Positions 7,595-14,495 of a stretch of DNA of 14,495 bases are shown piece by piece. The number at the start of each line of letters is the position of its first letter. Position 1 is the stretch's first letter. Below the pieces are notes generated by a model. It was not told where the DNA came from. It was given only the letters and a program-made list of their open reading frames with translations, and did no database searches. Source of the stretch: a virus (taxonomy: Duplodnaviria; Heunggongvirae; Uroviricota; Caudoviricetes). The translations under genes were made by a program, and so were the position numbers. The stretch lies in the IMG/VR virus record IMGVR_UViG_3300028992_000014; one strand, written 5' to 3'.

Positions 7595-8690
7595 ACGGCT
7601 GCGTGATGAATCAATTGCTCATGCAGTCTGGATATCCCGCTATAGCACTGGCGTGGCTGCCAGAATGGTGAAAATACTGAATGACAGCGATGCGGAACTT
7701 ACTGCTCGCCTGCTGATAGCACTGGACAGCCTCGATCCAGGTAATTTTACCGTTAAGCGCCTGGAGTCACTTCTGGCGAGCGTCAGAGAGGTTAACCGCA
7801 CTGCTATTAACAGCATGTTTACCAGTCTCTCCGGAGAGCTGAACGAGCTGGCAATTTATGAGGCTGGTTATCAGTTAAGTCTGTTTGATTCTATGCTACC
7901 TGATTTTGTTGCTGATGTTCACCCTCTGGTTGGTATCTCTCCTGATGCACTTTATGCCGCTGCAATGGCGCGACCATTCCAGGGACGACTGCTCAGTGAG
8001 TGGGCCTCAGATCTTGAGGCGGATCGGCTCAGACGCATAACAAATACAGTGCGTCAGGGTTTTTTGCTGGGGGATACCAATGAGCAGATCGCAAGAAAAA
8101 TTCGGGGACATGTCAGTAAGGGATTTCAGGATGGTGCATTGCAGATGAGCCGGGCTAATGCGGCCAGCATTGCAAAAACAGCGGTTGGACATCTTGCTGC
8201 TACTGCCCGTGAGAGTTTTGCCAGCGCGAATAATGATTTGATTAAGGGTAAGCAATGGTTATCAACGCTTGATAATCGTACTACGCCACAATGTCGAATC
8301 AGGGATCGCCTCAAATATACGCTGAATAATAAACCTGTAGGTCACAGCGTGCCTTATTTGCAGGGGCCGGGAAAAATTCATTTCTGCTGCCGCTCAACGG
8401 AAACGTTCATTCTGAAATCAGCGAAGGAACTGGGTATTGATGTTCGCGATATTTCCCCGGCTGAGCGGGCCAGCATGGATGGCGTGGTGGCCGGAGATAC
8501 AACCTACAGGGAATGGTTTTTGCGTCAGCCTTACACCAGACAAAAACAGATTGTGGGGGAAACCCGAGCAAAGCTGATTCGGGATGGTGGTATGTCGCCA
8601 GATGAATTTTACACCGATAAAGGCGAATGGCTGACGCTGAAGCAGCTCCGTGAGCGTGATGCACAGGTATTCAGAAAAGCAGGGATTTAA
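7575..8690 (+). CDS. Head morphogenesis protein (SPP1 gp7 / Mu F-like minor capsid protein)
   Basis: 371-aa ORF overlapping the portal stop by 20 nt; position after portal and before scaffold/capsid; sequence character consistent with gp7/Mu F-like proteins by recollection. Confidence 0.7.
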   Translation: MMQTVNERLRDESIAHAVWISRYSTGVAARMVKILNDSDAELTARLLIALDSLDPGNFTVKRLESLLASVREVNRTAINSMFTSLSGELNELAIYEAGYQLSLFDSMLPDFVADVHPLVGISPDALYAAAMARPFQGRLLSEWASDLEADRLRRITNTVRQGFLLGDTNEQIARKIRGHVSKGFQDGALQMSRANAASIAKTAVGHLAATARESFASANNDLIKGKQWLSTLDNRTTPQCRIRDRLKYTLNNKPVGHSVPYLQGPGKIHFCCRSTETFILKSAKELGIDVRDISPAERASMDGVVAGDTTYREWFLRQPYTRQKQIVGETRAKLIRDGGMSPDEFYTDKGEWLTLKQLRERDAQVFRKAGI

Positions 8691-8710
8691 ATAAATCATT
8701 TATTACAACA

Positions 8711-8735
8711 GGCTACCTTCGGGTGGCCTTTTTTA
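8711..8735 (+). terminator. Rho-independent terminator after the head morphogenesis gene
   Basis: Stem ggctacc / ggtggcc (one G.U wobble), TTCG tetraloop, then TTTTTTATT. Confidence 0.6.
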
Positions 8736-8794
8736 TTGCTGCGATCCGGATGGTGAGCAGCGTAACTGTCGGAAGACTTAAACCAGGTACTAAT

Positions 8795-9559
8795 ATGAAA
8801 CTGAAAACGGTCGAGATTAACGGAAAACAATACGCAGAAATTGATACTGCTGGCCTGCCAGTTTATGTGCACGACGATGGTAAAGAAATTGGCTTCGATG
8901 CACCGCTGGCGACAAAAAAAATTACAGAGCTTAATGGCGAGGCAAAAAATCATCGCCTGGCTAAAGAAGCTGCAGAGGAAAAACTGGCTAAGTTTGCCGC
9001 TATCGAAGACCCGAAGAAGGCGATCGAGGCACTGGAAATGCTGTCAAAAATCGACCAGAAAAAGCTGCTCGATGCGGGACAGGTTGACCAGGTTAAGGCA
9101 GAAATTACGAAAAATTTTCAGCAGCAATTAGATGAAGAAAAGCAACGCTCTCAGATGCTGGAGAAGCAGCTTTACGATTCTATGATTGGCGGTAGTTTTG
9201 CGGGTTCAAAATATATTGCCGATAAAATTGCGATCCCGGCAGATTTATTACAAGCCCGCTTCGGGCAGGCATTCAAAGTGGAAGAAGGGAGGATCGTTGC
9301 TTATGACGCTTCCGGCAACAAAATTTATTCCCGCGCGAAGCCTGGCGAACTGGCGCAGTTTGATGAGGCGCTGGAGTTCCTTGTCGAAAATTACCCTCAG
9401 AAAGACTACATCCTGAAAGCCAGTGGCAACAATGGCGGCGGCTCCCGTCCGACACAGCATGATATTGGTCAGAAAACGATGAAACGCTCTGCTTTTGATG
9501 CACTGGATGTTGCAGGTAAGCAAAACGCATTGAAAGACGGTATCACAATCGTTGATTAA
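8795..9559 (+). CDS. Putative capsid scaffolding protein
   Basis: Charged, coiled-coil-like sequence rich in K/E/A/Q (EAAEEKLAKFAAIEDPKKAIEALEMLSKIDQKKLLD...) directly upstream of the major capsid gene; AGGT 6 nt upstream of ATG 8795; the longer track ORF from 8723 would run through the terminator and is rejected. Confidence 0.6.
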   Translation: MKLKTVEINGKQYAEIDTAGLPVYVHDDGKEIGFDAPLATKKITELNGEAKNHRLAKEAAEEKLAKFAAIEDPKKAIEALEMLSKIDQKKLLDAGQVDQVKAEITKNFQQQLDEEKQRSQMLEKQLYDSMIGGSFAGSKYIADKIAIPADLLQARFGQAFKVEEGRIVAYDASGNKIYSRAKPGELAQFDEALEFLVENYPQKDYILKASGNNGGGSRPTQHDIGQKTMKRSAFDALDVAGKQNALKDGITIVD

Positions 9560-9657
9560 CACATTTGTCAGCTTCCGGATGGGAGCTGGTGTCAGGGCTG
9601 GATAGCTCATTACTCCATCTATTCACAATTACGCAAATTTTTAAGGAATATTTAATT

Positions 9658-10797
9658 ATGGCTGGAAATACCCTGACCGGGTTGATCCCGACTATTTATA
9701 CCGCCCTGGATGTTGTATCCCGTGAGCAGGTAGGTTTTATCCCTGCGGTAGCAAAAAACGCAAAAGCTGACGCCGCAGCAAAAGATCAGACGGTAACCGC
9801 GCCAGTTGCGCCTGAGGCGAAAACCGAAGATATCGTACCGGGGCCGTCAGCTCCGAATACCGGTGATCAAAATATTGGCACTGTTGATGTAAAAATTACT
9901 AAATCCAAAATGGCACCGGTTAAATGGAATGGTGAAGAACAACTGGCTCTTGGCCCTTCAGGGACTTACAACACCATTCTGGCTGATCAGTTCAAGCAGG
10001 CTTTTCGCGCCCTTGCAAACGAGGTTGAGGCTGATCTTGGTGCGTTGTATTTCGGTGCTTCCCGCGCCGTGGGAACCGCAGGGACAACGCCGTTTGGTGT
10101 TAAAGATGATCTTTCTGATGCTGCTCTGGCTCGTCAGGTTCTGGAGGATAACGGCGCACCGACAACCGATCTGCAGATGGTGCTTGGCTCCACTGCCATT
10201 GCTAATTTGCGCGGAAAACAGTCTGTATTGTTTAAAGTGAATGAATCCGGCACTGAACAGCTACTGCGTGAGGGCGTGTTGGGGCGTCTGGAGGGATTCA
10301 ATATTCACAGTTCGGCAGGTGTGAAACGAGCGCCAAAGGTTGCTGCAACTGATTATCTCGTGAATGGAGAGAAAAAAGAAGGCGATGTTCTTATTTCCAT
10401 TGATACTGGTTCGGGGAGTATTTCTGCAGGTCAGATTGTTACGTTCGCTGGTGATCCGAATCAGTATGTTGTGGCAGCAGCGACCAGCAATCTGATTACT
10501 CTTGCAGCGCCCGGACTGCGTCAGGATCTGGCCGATGATACTGCCATCACAGTTGTTGGGGCCTTTACTGCAAATATGGCGTTTGATCGCAACGCGTTTC
10601 TGCTGGCATCCCGTACTCCGGCAATGCCGGAAGGTGGCGATAATGCTGATGATGTAATGAATGTTACGGACCCGATTTCAGGGATTACGTTCCAGATTGC
10701 ACTGTATCGTCAGTATCGCCAGGTGCGCTATGAAGTTGGACTGGCATGGGGTGTTTCATCAGTGAAGCCGGCACATGGTTGTCTGATTCTTGGTTAA
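9658..10797 (+). CDS. Major capsid protein
   Basis: 379 aa from ATG 9658 with AAGGA about 10 nt upstream; position after scaffold; followed by a strong terminator, typical of a highly expressed capsid gene; the track's 5' extension from 9565 lacks an RBS. Confidence 0.8.
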   Translation: MAGNTLTGLIPTIYTALDVVSREQVGFIPAVAKNAKADAAAKDQTVTAPVAPEAKTEDIVPGPSAPNTGDQNIGTVDVKITKSKMAPVKWNGEEQLALGPSGTYNTILADQFKQAFRALANEVEADLGALYFGASRAVGTAGTTPFGVKDDLSDAALARQVLEDNGAPTTDLQMVLGSTAIANLRGKQSVLFKVNESGTEQLLREGVLGRLEGFNIHSSAGVKRAPKVAATDYLVNGEKKEGDVLISIDTGSGSISAGQIVTFAGDPNQYVVAAATSNLITLAAPGLRQDLADDTAITVVGAFTANMAFDRNAFLLASRTPAMPEGGDNADDVMNVTDPISGITFQIALYRQYRQVRYEVGLAWGVSSVKPAHGCLILG

Positions 10798-10807
10798 ACA
10801 TTCAAAC

Positions 10808-10827
10808 GGGGCTTCGGCCCCATTTTT
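10808..10827 (+). terminator. Rho-independent terminator after the major capsid gene
   Basis: Perfect GGGGC stem, TTCG tetraloop, GCCCC, then aTTTTT. Confidence 0.65.
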
Positions 10828-10839
10828 AATGGGGGGCAT

Positions 10840-11016
10840 ATGGCCGGATTAACTAAAGAGCAAAGAGCACAGCGTGAAGCCGCACAAAAAACGCAAATTG
10901 AGTTAGTGGTTATGGTGACCGATTATCAGATGTTTCCCGGCGCACCAACTATCGCTAATGTTCATCCTGATGAAGTTGACAACTGGAAGGCTATGGGCTG
11001 GAAAACTCAGGAGTAA
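10840..11016 (+). CDS. Small hypothetical protein (58 aa), not in the supplied ORF track
   Basis: ATG 10840 preceded by GGGGGG 3 nt upstream; translates to MAGLTKEQRAQREAAQKTQIELVVMVTDYQMFPGAPTIANVHPDEVDNWKAMGWKTQE*; fills the gap between the capsid terminator and the next gene exactly, with stop TAA 3 nt before ATG 11020. Confidence 0.35.
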   Translation: MAGLTKEQRAQREAAQKTQIELVVMVTDYQMFPGAPTIANVHPDEVDNWKAMGWKTQE

Positions 11017-11019
11017 CAC

Positions 11020-11415
11020 ATGATCACTTACGTGACCTGTGATGACGTTGATAATGCGTTTGGGAACGCCTGGACGAGTGAGAACGCTAAAAATAAAGCT
11101 GTTTTAATGGCTAATGCCTGGCTTAATGGCTTCAACCTGAAAATTAACCCATCCCGTATTCCGGAAGAGGTAAAACTTGCGGGAGCATATGCAGCCAGAA
11201 TTGCCTCATTCGGTAAGTTGTTTCAGCAGAAAAATGATTCTGGCGTTGTTATCAGTAAAGCCGTGTCGGCTGACGGGGTCAGTGTATCGAAATCATTTTC
11301 TGAGTTGCCAGCAAACAGCACTGCATTGCTTGAACCCGATTTACAGCTTGCGATAGCACTGCTGAAACCGTACGGACTTAGTCGCTCACAAGTCAGGGTT
11401 GTGAGGGGGGGATAA
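11020..11415 (+). CDS. Putative head-tail connector / head completion (adaptor) protein
   Basis: 131-aa ORF with AGGAG 8 nt upstream; first of four tightly coupled ~130-aa genes between capsid and major tail protein; assigned by position and size. Confidence 0.5.
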   Translation: MITYVTCDDVDNAFGNAWTSENAKNKAVLMANAWLNGFNLKINPSRIPEEVKLAGAYAARIASFGKLFQQKNDSGVVISKAVSADGVSVSKSFSELPANSTALLEPDLQLAIALLKPYGLSRSQVRVVRGG

Positions 11416-11798
11416 TGGGGCTTCGTGAAGAGATTCAGTCAGAGGTTGCCGCTGCTTTTGATGAGGATTTAGCGGACGCCGTGAGTGATTTTTCTGGTTC
11501 TTACGTTACGCACCGGCACTGGGATCCTGTGACGGAAACTGGCGGCGAATCCACCGCAATCTATACCGGGCGAGGCGTGTTGACACGTTATAAGCTGGGC
11601 AGAATTGATGGGATTAATATTTTGCATGGTGACCTTAAATTAACCGCTCTGGTATGCGAGGTTACGGATAAACCAGCTGTCGACCATATTATTGAGATTT
11701 ATGATCCTGTATCAAGGCAGTTACAACGATACGAGGTAATTACAGCAAGTGTAGATCCTTCCGCATCAGTTTACTCTATCCAGTTAAGGAGAGCGTAA
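11415..11798 (+). CDS. Putative head closure / head-tail joining protein
   Basis: 127-aa ORF whose start overlaps the upstream stop (TAATG); assigned by position in the neck gene block. Confidence 0.45.
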   Translation: MGLREEIQSEVAAAFDEDLADAVSDFSGSYVTHRHWDPVTETGGESTAIYTGRGVLTRYKLGRIDGINILHGDLKLTALVCEVTDKPAVDHIIEIYDPVSRQLQRYEVITASVDPSASVYSIQLRRA

Positions 11799-12179
11799 AT
11801 GGCAAAGGCATGGGATATAGAACCGTCAATATTTGCCGGGATGATTGAGGAAGATGTAGGGCTGAAGATTCGCTACATCGCTATGCAGATTCTTACTGCT
11901 ATTGATATTGCTGCTCCGGTTGATACCGGACGTTTCAGAAATAACAACCTGGTGTCGTTACAGCATCCCGATTTTGGTATATCTGATAACGTGGATCCGA
12001 ACGGTACGATTGCTGTTCAGCGTGGGATCGGGGTTATTTCGAAAGCTGCAAATTACGGGGTTATTTATATCCAGAATAACCTTCCTTATGCAGAGGCTCT
12101 TGAAAACGGTCATTCACAACAAGCGCCAACTGGCGTGTATGCCAACGCTTTTCATGGTGTTTTACAGGCTTACAAATGA
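11799..12179 (+). CDS. HK97 gp10-family protein (neck / tail completion component)
   Basis: Contains PVDTGRFRNN, which resembles the VDTGxLR signature I associate with the HK97 gp10 family; start abuts the upstream stop. Confidence 0.65.
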   Translation: MAKAWDIEPSIFAGMIEEDVGLKIRYIAMQILTAIDIAAPVDTGRFRNNNLVSLQHPDFGISDNVDPNGTIAVQRGIGVISKAANYGVIYIQNNLPYAEALENGHSQQAPTGVYANAFHGVLQAYK

Positions 12180-12568
12180 AGTTTACTGAAATCAGAAATA
12201 CGGTTATTTCCAGAATGACGGCACAGACGATTATTGATGGAAAAGACGTATTATATCCGAACGGGCCAACGTTCGATCCTTCCGGTAAGTTAATCTGGGC
12301 GCGGTTAAGTAATATTCCCGGGCAGGCTGGAGTTAATGAAATTGGCGCGGGGCCGGTTGTTTATCGCACGGGGATAATCATTATTCAGTTATTTGTCCCC
12401 GCAGGTTCTGGTTCAAAACTCATTACTGAGACAGCCGATAAATTGCGGGAACTGTTTGAGTTTCAGGATGACGATCGTCTCAGTTACCAGGCTGTTTCCT
12501 CAATAGCCGTCGGCGAAAAGAATGGCTGGTTCCAGCTTAATCTTCAAATTCCATATCGCGCGCTCTAG
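12176..12568 (+). CDS. Putative tail terminator protein (lambda gpU-like position)
   Basis: 130-aa ORF with ATGA start/stop overlap to the upstream gene; immediately precedes the major tail protein gene; assigned by position and size. Confidence 0.45.
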   Translation: MKFTEIRNTVISRMTAQTIIDGKDVLYPNGPTFDPSGKLIWARLSNIPGQAGVNEIGAGPVVYRTGIIIIQLFVPAGSGSKLITETADKLRELFEFQDDDRLSYQAVSSIAVGEKNGWFQLNLQIPYRAL

Positions 12569-12594
12569 CGCAATTAATGACATAGGAGGCTCCT

Positions 12595-13557
12595 GTGAGT
12601 TCAGGTGCAAAGGTTATCTCGGCATTTATCCGGGAGACAGTTGCAGGCACTACGCCAGCAAGTGGTGACTGGAGTTTATTAAAACGCACAAGCTGGGGAG
12701 TAAAACCCACCCAGAATAAAGGCGAAAATAATGAGATTGGTGGCTCCCGGATGGCTCAGGGGGCGACGCCTGGCACTGTGGATGTCGGCGGTGATGTTGG
12801 TACCAAATTTCGCTGGGGTCAACATGATGATTTTCTTGCATCCTGTTTCGGCGCGGAATGGTCAGGCGATTCTCTGACAATGGGGAATGAGCGAATAACA
12901 TTTTCTCTGGCGACCTATGCGTCCGATGTCGGAATTGCCTCTGTCGTCAGAGGAGCGCAGGTTGGCTCATGGAAAATGCAGATCCCTAACGACGGCGATA
13001 TTACAGCGACCGTAACCTTTGCCGGGCTGGGCTGGGAATCAAAGGCCGATGATACGAATTTTATCAAAGGCGAACCTGTGGATAGTGCAGGAAAGTTACG
13101 CTATTCGTTTAAGGAGGTTTCAGCAGTAAGCCTGAATGGTGTTGCCGGAGGTAACGGTTTTTGTATCGACAGTTTTGATATTCAGTTCGATAACAAACTC
13201 CAGACACAGCGTTGTATCGGGACTGGCTCGCCTTATGCAGGAGCAAATATTCCGACTACTTTTACACCGTCCGGTACGGTGACGCTTTCATGGTCTAAAG
13301 CCGCGTGGGAAATCTGGAGTAAAACACTGACTGGAGAAACAGTTCCGTTCAGCTTCACGCTTTCGAATGGAGAGGGGGCATACACTTTCAGTTTCCCGAA
13401 GGTTCAGGTGTCAGGTGAATGGCCTGATGGGGGTAATACTGACATTATCCAGGTTCAATTGAGCATTACCGCAGCAGATGAAGCACCTACGATAACCAGA
13501 AAAAAATGCTCCCCGACTGCCGTGATCGCAAAAGCCAGTGCTGATGCGATTAGTTGA
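12595..13557 (+). CDS. Major tail (tail tube) protein
   Basis: GTG 12595 preceded by AGGAGG at 5-nt spacing; 320-aa Gly/Ser/Thr-rich protein directly upstream of the G/GT chaperone pair. Confidence 0.7.
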   Translation: MSSGAKVISAFIRETVAGTTPASGDWSLLKRTSWGVKPTQNKGENNEIGGSRMAQGATPGTVDVGGDVGTKFRWGQHDDFLASCFGAEWSGDSLTMGNERITFSLATYASDVGIASVVRGAQVGSWKMQIPNDGDITATVTFAGLGWESKADDTNFIKGEPVDSAGKLRYSFKEVSAVSLNGVAGGNGFCIDSFDIQFDNKLQTQRCIGTGSPYAGANIPTTFTPSGTVTLSWSKAAWEIWSKTLTGETVPFSFTLSNGEGAYTFSFPKVQVSGEWPDGGNTDIIQVQLSITAADEAPTITRKKCSPTAVIAKASADAIS

Positions 13558-13569
13558 TTTTCCGTTATT

Positions 13570-13596
13570 CCCCCTGTGGTACTGCACTACAGGGGG
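13570..13596 (+). promoter_or_regulatory. GC-rich hairpin whose 3' arm contains the Shine-Dalgarno of the chaperone gene
   Basis: Perfect 8-bp inverted repeat ccccctgt (13570-13577) / acaggggg (13589-13596) with an 11-nt loop; no T-tract follows; the 3' arm AGGGGG is the only SD-like element before ATG 13606. Confidence 0.4.
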
Positions 13597-13605
13597 ACGC
13601 ATTGA

Positions 13606-14067
13606 ATGAGGTTATGGATGTTTATTCTTAATCAGAAAATTATCATCGGTGGAGAACGCTGGTTTACGCCAATGAAGGACTTAAAACCTGTAGACGGGTT
13701 AAAACTGTTGGTGGCAAGCAGCGATAACGATCAGTATCGCTCCCGTAATGCATTAATCCGTCGTCACATTGAGAAAATGGATGCCAGTTTGCACGTCGGA
13801 ACGAAGGAGTTTGATATTTCAAAGGTTTCCGAGGTAGATTCTGTTGATGATTTACTCATTGATAATGCTGCTCGTTATCTGCTGAAAGACTGGAAAGGGG
13901 TTGGTGAACTGGTTAATGGTGCTGAGGTTGCACTGGAATATACGCCAGAACGAGGGATCGCGCTGCTTAAGCAGAATCCAGAGTTGTACTGGCAGATCCT
14001 TGCAGAAGCAGCCAGCATCGCCCAGGGTAAAGAGCAGCAGAAGCAGGATACGATAAAAAAGCCATAG
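13606..14067 (+). CDS. Tail assembly chaperone G (lambda gpG analogue)
   Basis: 153-aa ORF directly after the major tail protein gene; ends ...QDTIKKP* with the slippery heptamer A_AAA_AAG over its last codons. Confidence 0.8.
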   Translation: MRLWMFILNQKIIIGGERWFTPMKDLKPVDGLKLLVASSDNDQYRSRNALIRRHIEKMDASLHVGTKEFDISKVSEVDSVDDLLIDNAARYLLKDWKGVGELVNGAEVALEYTPERGIALLKQNPELYWQILAEAASIAQGKEQQKQDTIKKP

Positions 14068-14375
14068 CCGCCCAGCGGTGGTTATCGGAGTTCGGGGGAG
14101 AAAGGGGGGAAAAGGCAAGATGGAAGCGAGAAAAACTCAGGTTGCCACCGATACCGGAACCAGAAATAGACCCGGTGCTTAAGGAATTGTTGTACGCCTA
14201 TTCGGTAATATCCCGTGCCCGACGTTATGCTGGAATGACCGGGGTGCCTTTGCCTTTATCTCTGACAGAGATAAATGAATATTTAGCCACTCATCCGGTA
14301 TTGATTGAGCGCGATGAGTTTGAAGCAGTGATCTTTGCACTGGATGACCAGTATTTTCAGGAGCAGTGTGTGTAG
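13606..14375 (+). CDS. Tail assembly chaperone GT fusion, made by -1 frameshift at 14055-14061 (the T segment is track ORF 14142..14375)
   Basis: After the slip the reading continues ...KKAIAAQRWLSEFGGERGEKARWKREKLRLPPIPEPEIDPVLKELL...FQEQCV* with no stop; the T segment has no independent ATG or RBS (the track ORF begins at TTG), consistent with expression only as a fusion. Confidence 0.7.
14055..14061 (+). other. -1 programmed ribosomal frameshift slippery heptamer A_AAA_AAG (G to GT)
   Basis: Heptamer aaaaaag at 14055-14061 is in X_XXY_YYZ register with the G frame; the -1 frame is open from here to the stop at 14373-14375. Confidence 0.75.
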
Positions 14376-14495
14376 TTGTTAATTACGTACACTCTGTTAC
14401 AGAGATGTGATGGTTGAAGTGGTCAACAAAAACTGGCCACCGAGTTAGAGTTTTTTCCAGTATCGATTTTCCGATTCGTTTGGTGGTAACCCACC

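Larger units (their letters stand above)
1..14495 (+). mobile_element. Prophage late region (lysis end, moron, DNA packaging, head, neck and tail modules) of a lambdoid, Rac-like siphophage
   Basis: Uninterrupted co-oriented array of Rz/Rz1, TerS, TerL, portal, head morphogenesis, scaffold, capsid, connector, major tail and G/GT chaperone genes with overlapping stop/start codons; trkG directly after Rz/Rz1 is the arrangement known from the E. coli Rac prophage. Confidence 0.85.

Noticed and set aside
8723-8794. 5' extension of the scaffold ORF (track start 8723)
   Set aside because: The first 24 codons overlap the intrinsic terminator at 8711-8735; the internal ATG at 8795 has an AGGT SD and is the more plausible start.
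9565-9657. 5' extension of the major capsid ORF (track start 9565)
   Set aside because: No RBS upstream of 9565, whereas ATG 9658 has AAGGA at suitable spacing; the extension is probably untranslated leader.
14376-14495. Start of a tape-measure gene after GT (open frame from TTG 14413 to the window end; GGTGG-TAAC-CCACC hairpin at 14482-14495)
   Set aside because: No ATG with a credible SD; ATG 14409 hits a stop after 12 codons; the window ends before anything can be confirmed.

Overview
The window reads as the late region of a lambdoid, Rac-like enterobacterial prophage, with every credible gene on the + strand. In order: the 3' end of the lysis cassette (Rz with embedded Rz1), an AT-rich moron encoding the K+ transporter TrkG with its own terminator, a translationally coupled pair (ParB/Srx-like protein plus an uncharacterised ~310-aa protein), a small HTH protein, then terminase small and large subunits, portal, head-morphogenesis protein, scaffold, major capsid protein, four small head-tail connector/neck proteins, major tail protein, and the tail assembly chaperone G with its -1 frameshift product GT. 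The window ends before any tape-measure gene is visible. All minus-strand ORFs in the track lie inside + strand genes and are treated as spurious. I saw no tRNA, rRNA, CRISPR array, integrase or transposase. The best candidate for something undescribed is the coupled ParB-like/unknown pair between the moron and the packaging genes. Other points worth checking are a cluster of palindromic TGCGCA repeats inside the TerS gene (possible pac site) and a GC hairpin that sequesters the chaperone gene's ribosome-binding site. All product calls rest on motif recognition and gene order by eye; no searches were run.
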